Below are positions 24,062-36,000 of a stretch of 59,519 bases of DNA, piece by piece. Position 1 is the first letter of the stretch, and each line of letters begins with the position of its first letter. Origin of the DNA: Acanthaster planci. Lineage: Eukaryota. The stretch spans positions 310,001-369,519 of the forward strand of contig NW_019091357.1 in NCBI RefSeq assembly GCF_001949145.1, given 5' to 3'. The notes beneath the pieces were generated by a model that saw nothing but the letters and a program-made list of their open reading frames with translations, did no database searches and was not told the DNA's origin. A program made the translations under genes and the position numbers.

Positions 24062-27000
24062 ATGGCGAATCCGAAGGGCGATTCAATGAACTCTTCAAAA
24101 TTCTACTATCCTAACCCAGAAATCCAAAATGGGGCTCACGTCCGCTCCATGGAACAGTACCGTGCAATGCACAAGCAGTCCATCGAAGAACCGGAGGTGT
24201 TCTGGGGAAATATAGCTAAGGATTTCCACTTCGAACGGCCGCCGACCGAGGGTAAATTTCTGGAGTACAACTTCAACGTAAATGATGGCCCTGTGTTTAT
24301 AAAGTGGATGCAAGGTGCTACTACTAATGTTTGTTACAATGTACTGGACAGACATGTCAAGGCTGGAAAAGGAGACAAGATTGCATTCTATTGGTAGGTA
24401 CCTACTTCTTAAGAACACTTGCGGTTTGTATAAAAAATGAACGTTATTGCAGCTCGAAATTTGACGCTGCCTGAAAGTGAAAGTGATAAATAAAACATGT
24501 ATGTAAGATCATCCGAGATCTCCAGCATGCCAACTGTGTTCTTGCATTGAACTTACTCATCTGTCATTTCTATTCGAGCCTGGTGGTTGGTGCTAGCATG
24601 AACGTGAAGCAGTGTTGGTGTGATTGGTTTGTAACGGTCAGATTGACCATTACCCATACCACTGCCAGGTTCGGATGGGGAAGGAATGAGGATTCTTCTT
24701 GACTCTGTGCTACATTTTGATTAGTTCATTTACACAATACAGAGTGTGATTACACATGATGCGGCATGACCGAAGACCTGCTCATAAAAGGACTGAAGCT
24801 ACTCTAATCTTCCCATAATGCAATGGTCAAACCCAAGGTGAACGTGAAAGGACATGTAATCACATGGAATGTCCTGTTACAGGTTGATCATATTAATTGA
24901 TGGGAAAGAATTACAGATATGCTACCCCCAGAGCTGTGCGGGGTCCGACGTCCACCCCGTTCCCACCACGTGGGAGCGGGGTAGACGTCTGACCGGCACA
25001 GTTCTGGGGGTAGGTCTACTTCCCCATAGTGACCTACCATGTCCAAGGGGCTATCTGAATATTAATTAAAATGTCCTAAAAAGTCACATTTAGCAGTGAA
25101 CATAGTATTCACTCAGAACACACTTAGATAATTTGTGCACATGGTGTCAGGTTATGTCTGTGTGTGGCATAGAAGTCTTTCCTAAATCTTGTAGGCCTAT
25201 TTAATAACTAACGTCTGTGACTGTATACAGCTAGTTGCCAGGACCTTTATTTCAGACTATGCAGTCGCGAACATTAAAACAAACATGACAAAGTAAACCG
25301 TGTCACACTAGTCTTGCTAGTTGCCATTTTTTTATTTCAGCTTTTGCCGGCACTCAGCAACACAGATTTTAAAAAGGACCTGTCCCATGAACAAGATGGA
25401 CATTGGACACCTATAACTGTGAAGTTTATCAAAGTGTTCATCAGGAATTTTCAACCTTATTAATTTGAATGAATTTCATGTTATTTCCCTTGGACCATTT
25501 GCTACATTTTCTTCATTGATTCTTACTTGTATTGGTCATTCATCCAGGTTTAAAGTTTAGTCACCATGAAAGAAAGTGGGTGGCAGGTTTTACAGCCATA
25601 CCTTGGTTTGGGATGGCTAAAAATAGAGACACATGGCATTTAAAGGGATGTGAGCTTTTTGTAGTTTTTGGAATGTACATTTATTTCTACATGCATGGAC
25701 CATGTAATACAAATATTATTATGAAACCTAGGGGTTCCTTGTACACCCCAGGGTGCCTTGTTCAGGTCCAACTTTAGCTTAGCTGGTTTAAAAATAGAGA
25801 TAATACAAATAGTATTGATTGTGAGGGTGTCAGGCCATTCTACCGTTTGCATTAATGATTACTCATAGCACAAAGTACATTAAAAAATACACGCACTGCA
25901 AAGTGGTTGGAGTTGTGCAATACACAATTATGTGATGTACATACATACACATGTAGTGCACAAGCCATAAAAACAATGCATTGACATTGCTCACATAAAG
26001 GACTGATGAAACTCTAATGTTAAATACATGTAGGTGAAGAATATTTCTTACAGTACATGTAGTTCATGCATACCATTTTAATTGGCCCATTGAAATTTGG
26101 TTAAGTGTACCTTTGTTCTTTTTTTTACTGTAACAACGTTTATAAATCATTGGATTGGAATGCTTTTCCTGGTAAATCCTTCCATCCCTGAAATGTCCCA
26201 GAATGATCCCATGAAACACTGTAACACTGTATACATGTACCTGTGGATACATGTATTTGCACTTGTATTTTACAATCTGCCCTTCTCCCTTCTAGTGAAG
26301 ATGTTGGGCCAGTTGATTAAATCGGGATGATAGGATAGCTTGTATAGCCCAGGGTAACTGACTGCATCGTACCGCAGCTCAGTAAATCCTATCGGTGGAT
26401 TGGCGTCAATTGTGCCGCTAGATGATGCTTTTTGCTGGTGTTGAAAGCACCCAATCTCTAAAGGGAAAACAAAATTGAAATAAGGAACAGAAATTTATGT
26501 TGGACTGGCTGAATGCTTAATTTAGCAAGAAACTATGGACATTGGAAAATGTTGAAAACCCATTCCTATTATTTCTTTTTCATTTATTAATATGTATGTT
26601 TGATTAAATTTCATGTGAGCAATCTGGAGAAAAGGATGTAGATATTTTTCGTCATCTTACAGAAACTACATATTCTAGACATCGCCTATTCCATATTTCT
26701 GGCTTTCTGAATCGTAACACTTTGGTGTAAGGTACTAAAGTAGGAATTTTGAAATGGTGGACCTACTATAAATCATCTTAAAACTTGGACAGACCTTTAC
26801 TGGTACATTTACCGATATGTGGAACCCTTTACATGTATTTGTACTGTGCATTTAATGTTGTTGAGCAGTAACAAAGTATGTACGAGCACAGAGCTAATTT
26901 TAAAGGAAATTTTAAAACTTGTTTGTGTCACAGATGTGTCAAATTAACAGTAAAAGTTTAATCACGGATATGTATATATAGGGCACTGGTACATAGGTAT

Positions 27001-30000
27001 CTGGCATGTGTTAACTAGTACCACTGACTTTCACTAGTCAGGGAATATGTCCGCAGCTTCAGGTGAATGAATTCCTGATAATACCTGGAGCCATTCATCA
27101 AGACCAGATAGGAAGAAGGGCTGCTGATAATGCCTGAGCCAGAGGCAAGGGACATTATCACTGTCCATTGTCCCTGTGAGCCAGTCTTAAATGTTTGACC
27201 CAATCTAAAACAAACATTTACTTAAGACTAGTCAAAATATCAAAACAAGTTCAATAAATCATAGATTTCCAACGATTTTATTCTACAGTTTTAATTCATT
27301 GTTTTCAAACATATATATACGTGTATGTTCCTGTTGTGAGTAGTCATAAACAATCTCCTTACGCAGAGATTGGTGTGCATGGTGCATACTGGGTATAGGT
27401 GACAATCTACATACATGTAACGGGCGCTCAACCAATAGAAATGGCTAAACTGTCTAAGGCATTTGTGAATCATACTTAAAAACATTCTTGTTCAAGAAAT
27501 CTTGGCATTTTTTTAATTTTAATTTTTTTTGTAGGGAAGGAAACGACCCAAATGACAGCTCAACAATCACCTATGGACAACTACTTAAGGAAGTCTGCAA
27601 GTTTGCCAATGTTCTGAAGGGTTTGGGTAAGTGGACCTCTCCTCGCTCCCATTACAGCGTGGAATAACTTTCACAGAGGCAGAGGGATGATAAAATAAAT
27701 TTTGAATATTCTGGAACTTGGCTGTTCTGTTGATGACCTGTCTGGTAATAGCCACACCAATCAGTCTTTCAGATATCAGATTCATGTATGTCACAGTTCA
27801 TGGAACCATTAAAGAATAAGAAATAGTTGATTTTTTCCTTTATTACAACCTGTTTAAACAGCACATGCTTAAAAGTGAACAGGCAGTATGTGTCAGATCC
27901 CCAGATAGAAACATGATCAGAACTTAGCTTCAATCACTTCTCTGTATTCTGCCGTACATGTACATGCTTGGATTGAAACTGTTGTATTTAATTCCAGGCT
28001 ACTGGTAATTATTCCCTTATCGTTTGCTTCACGAGATTGAAGTTATTGTAGATGACCTCTTATAAAGCCTCCAAGTGAGTCCCTTAGAGTCCATTATGTA
28101 GCCATCTGACGTCAACTGTAACCTTTGTTCTCATGCAAGTGTAAGCATAAGTGATAAAAGCCAGGCCACACGAGTACATGTATCATTTTGTTTGGCTAGT
28201 CTGTATTATTTATAACATATTTCTTAAAGGTTCAATATGCCTTTTCTATTTTAAGAATATGTCCTTTCCACCTTTTGCTAGATTTCTTTTTGTGATGTAG
28301 GTCAGGTGAAGTAGGTCTTCCAACTATGTACATTTTCCATTGTTTCTTTTATATGTGTGTTTACATATCTTATGATTTAATTGCTTTGTTTTAGTGGATT
28401 GTGAATGCTGAGAATCAAATGCATGTACATGTACCAAGCAACAAGTCAAATGGCAGAAAACTCACATTTTGAAAAATGTTGAATTAATTTGTGTTTAATT
28501 CTCTTAGCTTGAATATAACATGCTGGTACATGTATGTGGAAAGTCTGAACCATTTTGTGTACTTGCGGAAAGTGGTTGCAGGCATTGTTCATGTACATGT
28601 TATAGTTTGTATCATTGGGGTTGAACACACATGGTCACATGAGGGCGCTATACCAAACGTGTGAGGCATCTTGTAAAATTATTTTGCTACCAACATTACA
28701 ATGTTAAATTTTAAAAGAACTATTAAAGCCTTCATCATTATCTCTGACAGTTCTTTGAATTGTGAAGGAGTTATGTGCAGATGTTCTACATTTAATGTTC
28801 TGAGCCGTTTTAAAATGGATTTTAAACAATTAACCCATGGCCTTGGATGCATGTATTACATTGATAAGTTAAAGATTTCTATCATTCTGTGCTATTTTTC
28901 TCAATCACACTTCATTAAATGCCCTCGCAGAGGTTCAGAAATACATGTAATTGAAATGGTTCAGTACAATCATTACAAGGTTGAGATTTTTGCATGAAAC
29001 TGTAGCAGTCCTGAAAATACAAAGAAATCTTGTTATCTGCTGTTGTTTATTCCTATTACAGGTGTGAAGAAGGGAGATTGTGTGGCCATCTATATGCCTA
29101 TGATAGCTGAGCTTGTGGTGGCCATGCTGGCTTGTGCCCGATTGGGAATAATGCATTCCATTGTGGTTGGTAATTTCATGTTTGATTTGTGCCCAGTTAA
29201 GAATGATAAAAATGAAAAATAATTTATCTCAGTTATGTACATGTATGCTGACTTAAAATCAGATTGTATTGGTATCTTTTTGTAAAATAGATTTCAATTT
29301 GAATCCGAGTTTTGTTTCATTTCTTAATTAGGATCAACTTCAAATGGTAGATATAATTAAAAAAATGCATACATCAAGTTCATATGAAGGCCTTCAAAGT
29401 TGGTTGCTTCAATCTTTCCAAAAAGAGGCCAATCTCTAATTTTGGTTTTCAGGATTTCAGGATCTCAAGCATGGACTGATTCAAAACTAGACTTCATTGT
29501 CTTTTGTTTTTCAGTTTGGTGGTTTCTCTGCAGACTCCTTGGCTGGCCGTATGATGGACGCCCAGTCCACTGTACTGGTCACCTCTGGTAAGTTAAATCT
29601 AGAAAGAAAAACTTTAGTTTCCTTAAATTTCCCCTTTTTCTATAATTTCATTGGACATTTGCTCACTTTGTAACACTGTCATCCACAAACAAATGACATG
29701 CATGTACAGTCAAACCTGCAGTTACGTCCACCTTACTACAGTGACCACCTGGCTAAACTGGCCGGTTTTACTTGGTCCAGTTTGATTCTCACATAAACGT
29801 ACCATAGCCATATCTTGCTATTGCTGCCACTGCGTAACGTGGCCTGTGGCCAACCCAGATCAAATCATTTTTGTACAATTACATTGCTGTAAAACCTCTG
29901 AACCCTTGACTAAAAAATGTATGTTGAGTTGTGTAGATTTCTTCTTGCCATTCTTGTGTCTTGAGAGCAAAAAGAAATTAAAAGAAATTCATGTAAACAT

Positions 30001-33000
30001 AAAGTCTTTGTTCCAGATTATTTGTTAACTAGGGTTAAAGGGTATTTCTGTGGACACCTGCTGAAGTATGCATGTGTAGTGACCACCTGCTGTAATGGCC
30101 ATGTACAGTTGGTACCGCAGGTGGCCACTATATCAAGATTTGACTGTATAGACCTTTTTCCTGGGATGTCACAATCATGCTGGACTGCCATGTGATGTGA
30201 TGGTAATGAGTGCATGGTGTTGTGATGGTAATCTACCTATTCAAGATATTAACTAGTCAAGTATGCAGCATTCGTATGTGTGATTGCACGTGGTTGAAGC
30301 TGCCCGTAGGAATATGCGATCACCGTGGCCAAGGCGGTCCACACATGGTGGTTTTGTTTACATTTAGCGCTATCCAGTCGCATTGGTGAAAAAGGTCAAT
30401 ATGTACTTAATGAATACAGTTTTCCATGAAAAAAGTTCCTTTGTTGAGCCTTTTTTCTGCAAAGCAGTGAACCTGTTCCTTCTATCTCTTGACAGACGGA
30501 GTATTCCGAGGCACCAAGTTGGTAAACCTAAAGCAAATCAGCGATGATGCCATTGACATATGCAAGAAAGCGTAAGTAGGGATTGGCTAGATTAGAAGTG
30601 GTGGATGAAATTTCAAATTTGGGATAATGTAAACTTAAGTAATGGAGTTTTCAGCAAACATTACACCAATGAAGGAAAATCTAAAATGTAGCAGGATCCC
30701 ACCAAATGTCTTGAGGCCGTTTGTTCAGTTATTTTTATTTTGTTTTGGATGAGAAAGAGCAAATTGAACTCTGGTTGAAGACTCTCTATACATGTAGGTC
30801 TTCAATTCGAAATTGGCTCTGTCAACTTTTTTGTCATGTTGTACTGCAGTTGACATCATATATTATATACTGGCAAAGTTCATTGTTTGGAATACCAAAC
30901 AATTCTCAGAGGTAATAGTATGTCGGAAAGATCATTCGTCAAGATTTGGGTTGGGCTGTTCATTTAAAAATTTTTATTCCATCAGGGTCTTATTGCATTC
31001 TAGACAAATACAATGTGAAACTTAACTTGCTACCGACATCACTGATACACAACATCACGCCCATCTTTTCACAACAATTTTCTTAGCTGCAGCTTAAATA
31101 AATGGTTGAATATGAAGTAGAGAAAGATGTGACAGCAGCTATTGGCAACCGAGAGCCAGCTGACAAACTCTAACCACATAGCCATCAGCTTTGTCTTGAA
31201 TGCTTGGACAGTTCTGGCTATTGTCAGTGGTGGCCAGCAAGCAGTGAACATCAGAGCAATAATCAGGAATATCTTGAAGGCTTTGCCGTCTAGAAATCCA
31301 GGCTGAAGTTACTCAGGCATGTTTCCTCCATGTCTCCTGATCTTGGTTTACTTTTATCATTCTCTAGTAGTCAGAGGACAAGCTACGTGCTTAGGGTTAT
31401 GAGTTTGATTGTTGCAGTTTTGCACCCCATTAAACAATCGCAGATCCCATCTGTTGGCATGATCAGGAATATCAAACCAAAGGTTAGTTATGCAGTAAAC
31501 CAGCAGTGAGCTTGTTCCATGAGAATAAGGTCTGAAATTGTAATGGTCTGGTGACTGCTATGGAGCACTGACCATGAATATAGAAAAAACATCACAGAAA
31601 TGGACATACAACACAAGGCACCAAACTGGTTGCTGTTGATCAACATGGCTGAAAGGCTAATTCTGGAGTACAGATGGAAAAATGCTGGGAATGCTCATCA
31701 AACCAATGATGGAGTTATTTAGTGCCTGAGCAATCATGAAGATCTTAGTACTCAGAGATGCTTGGCATCACAGTAATGGAAAAAATTGCCTAAGATGATC
31801 ATCAGTGTTACCATGGCAATGACAGAAGTATGTAAGAGAAGAGATGATAGTCTTGTGTCGATTGATGAACTTGTTGGCATGGACTTGTACACTGCAAACT
31901 CCTTGTCCAATCTTGAAACCAATGAGCCTAATATACTCATCTTGACCACGTCGAAGGATTCTCACCTGTGTGATCTTTCTTGCACTAATATCACACGACT
32001 GGCTTACTTTTTTCACTGAGATCTGTAGAAAGTCCTCTGACTCATATCAAAGTGTCGGTAACATTTGCAACTTTGCTTTTTAATTACATGAAATGAATCA
32101 CCAGAATGCTCTGGACTGTATGAGATGATTGTCCAGATTTTTTTAAAAAGAATTAAAGGTATTCTGGACTCTCCTGTTGTAATTCAAAAGAACCAGACTC
32201 TTTGTCATAATGACAGTAATTTATTGCTGGCCACAATGGATGAGCTGTAATGGGTGACAGTTCTAATGAATGGACAGCAGTATTCCTACATGTAAATAAG
32301 TTATATTGCATTAAGCTGATTAAAAGTATCCGTGGTAACCTGATATGATTGATTCTGGTTTCAAAGAGTATTCATCAAAACAGTTCCAGGTTCAAAATAA
32401 GCTTACTGTACATGTATAACATGTATGAGTAAGAAGGCTCTCTTATTGAATTGGGCAGTTGCAAAATTAAAAAGATCACTAGAATATTTTTTATTGGCAA
32501 TAAACCCAGAACTTCAAAAGGAAGCAGTATTTTTCCACCACAATGCCAACTGCAAATCTCATTCTAAAGAAGTGAACTGGAGCAGAAGTCTGTCGTTTTA
32601 GGTGCTTTTGTTGTAATGTCAGTGGTTAGAAAGCTTTATTGATTGAACTTCATTACCTCCAAAGGCTCTCATAGTTTATTTGTTTGTCAGCCTTCAGAAA
32701 ATGCAGCTGAAAAACCCAGTGCACGCAATAATTTAAGGCTTTGCATTAAATTCGTAAGAATTTGATGTGGCTACACATTGAGAGAAAAGAGGAAATGTCA
32801 GGGAAAAAATGGATGCCAGACAATGGACAAGACTTATAGGCAAGTACTTCAGGGACCAGTCCATATTTGCAGAATGGCAGGTGGTCCAGGTTGAGATACG
32901 TTTTAAATGTGTGAATACACATTAAACTTAACAACCAAAATTTTTTTGGACACTTTTATAAAGATACAAGTAAAAAAATCATTGAAAATCAAAACCTGAT

Positions 33001-36000
33001 TTAAATTTTAAACAGCAAGTTTTTATAAAAAAATATTTGTATAATGCCACTCTTCCACGGGGTTTCTTGTTCTGAATAGAGAGCTGTCTTCTAGTACATG
33101 TAGTTTGATTTGAACCTCCACCAGTTACAGAGAGAGAAACATTAAATGTACCTCCAAGCTTGGGTTTGTCTTCAGGTTTTTTTCTAAGACTTCCAATGCA
33201 GAAGTGGTCATCTTTGGTAAGGTTTTTAAAAATTTTTCTTAGCGTACTTCCATGATTGCTGTTGAAATAATAAGCATCATGACTTCTCCTTGGAAATATT
33301 TGTCCTCAAGAAAGCTGACTAACCTCTTGATAGGACTTCTGCTTGCATGTGTTGGTCGATACTCAAGGCAGACGTATATGATGCTTTTCACACTCAGTCT
33401 TTCCTGTTACACTTCGCAGAGCCTGTCTCATTTGCATAACAAAGAAGTTCCTTGATAGAATGCCATTGGCAACTATCCAGCTACAGTACGTGTAGCTCAC
33501 TTTCAACCTCTTGACGAGAGGTCCTGTCATTGTAGTTTCTATTGAAAGCTGACTTCTTTGATCAGAATCTGAACTTGTCTGCTTGCTACAGTTACATTGG
33601 AGGAGCTGCCTTTCACTTCCTTAACTTTGTTCACTAAAAGTCATACTTCAAAGTCTCCAAACCTATTTCACATTCTTTCATGCATGACCTGAGCAGACAG
33701 AGTTGAGCACTTGTTGTAATTGCTAGATTTTGCTACATTGTACCTGTGTCTAACCTTACCAACAGGTGTTATTCACCTGATATGGTTTAATGAGTTGAAG
33801 CAATCCATCAAATGAGGGTGGTTAGTCTGACCACTCTCAGGATATATGTAGCATGTTCCTTTGTAATTCCTAGACTAATAACCACCGTCTTTGAAGGCTT
33901 AAATTATTTCTAAAAGGAAAGGAAATTGGGGCCAATTCTGTCCTTTCCGGCATTCAGAACCCAATCATAAATAACTTCTAGTGTTAAAGTGTTGATCTTT
34001 ATCTCGCTAACCATTCAATAGTGTAAAAGTGTTTACTATTTCTTTCTACATGCATGTATAAAGGCACTATTTTACATTGGGGATAAATAAAATCTTTATT
34101 AAATTTTTTTCAGATCAATTTCCAGTTTTGCTAATAGCAAACCTCATTAACAGTTTGGAATTAAATACACTACTCAAAAAATTCAAGGATCAAACATTTG
34201 TCTTTCAAAATTTCAGGCAGGTGCGTACATCATTGATTTTACTTGTACAATGAAGAGCATGTTTGTGCTTGAACATAACCACACTGAATGACTCTCATAC
34301 GTACTAATTTGTAAAAGTATTTATCAGTGAGTATGATTGCTTAAATTTTTGAGTAGTGTACTGTTTTTACACATGTACATGTATGTTTCAAAATGGTAAA
34401 ATCATTGTAATATTGCCAACATTTATTTCAGTAATAATGATGACATATACTTTGTACATACAAATATCTGTTTAATGTAATTTTTACATTCCATTATTTA
34501 ATATCCATGTTCTTGTTCCAAAAAATAAAGGAGCTTTCTAGACTTTTTCCCACAAAGGAACTTTCCGTCACTCTGAATTTAATGTAACTTCAAGCACAAA
34601 TCTGGACTGGTAAAAGATCCATTTTGTTTTTCTTTTTTACTGGAAAATGTTGGATTTTTTGTGTATTTGGATGTGAAAGAACACATACATTTAGCGAATT
34701 TTGCAAATTGACACATAGTCATTTCAGACCAGATTTGAAGTGAAGTCCACGTATTACTAGTTGGATCTCAAAATCTAGCTTTGATTTGGTAGGTTCTATC
34801 TTAAATATCCCATTTCCATATACTTAAAAAAACTCTGTCCAGACATACGGCCATTGGTCACTTGTTTTTATTTGCAGCGTTCATAGCAAAGCTTGTTTGG
34901 AATTGATCGTACTTTGCTTTGAGTTTTTCCTTGTGTGATGCTTAATTTGTTTAGTCAGAGCTGCACAGAAATGAGTGTTGGCTTTCCTTTACGACGCACA
35001 ATTGGTTTCATTGTCTCATCTCTGATTGTTAGTGGGGTCACTGGAGCTACAGAGGCTTTAGGGCACAAGAAATAACGTGCCATCAGTCGTGTAGTGGCTT
35101 GCCGAAAGGACCGATTGAAGAAACAGTAGATGAACACGTTGAAGAAGCTATTACAGACAGCAAACCCCTTGGCTGTAAATGTTAGCCAGGTGGGTTGTGT
35201 TTCGCCGGTTATGGCTGCGATGATACGTACTACACGCAGTGGTGTCCAGCAGATGGCAAAAAGAATAGTCACAACCAAAAACGCACGGAGGGCTTTGTTC
35301 TCAAGGAAACTATTCTCATTCTCTACATTCTTAGATTTGTTCAACATCACAACATGATTCTGACTGAGTTTGATCAACTTCAGGTAGATATATGTCAGGA
35401 CAACCAAGGGTATTATAACGAGAAAGAACAAGACACTGATCTCATAGATGGTGCCGTTAAATCCAACATCACAAACTAGCACTGCCTCAAATTGAATCTT
35501 GATTTCTTTGAAATAAGTCAGACAGATTTGAAGGGCCAGAGATACAATGGATGCCGTGAGAACAACGGTGATTACTCGTTGTTTGGAGCAGAGGGTCGAA
35601 AATCGGAAAGGCATTGTGACAGCTATGTATCTCTCAGCATTCATTAGTACTATAAGCGTGATAGACATACAACAACAAGTTGCATCTACTGTGCCATTGA
35701 TGGAACAGTACAGCTTCCCAAATGGCCAAGTATTGAATGCCGATGCAATGACATTTGGGATGGAAATAACACCAGTCAACATGTCATACGCTGCTAGCGA
35801 TACCATCAAAAGTTTGGTGCTGTCAGCAAGTGTTGGCATGCTGCGTGTCACAGCAATAGACAGTGCATTGCCTGCTATGATCATGATAACAACGATTGCA
35901 ACGAAACATGTCCGTAGAGCAATCAAAAATGGCGAGAGCGGTTCTTCATCTGTGTTGTTCCCCATGATGAGTCTCGTATCGCAGTCTCTGGCAGATTTCC

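Noticed and set aside
34955..35965. Possibility that the nested GPCR is an opsin (Lys in TM7)
   Set aside because: The Lys is at 7.39. The retinal-binding position 7.43 is Val.
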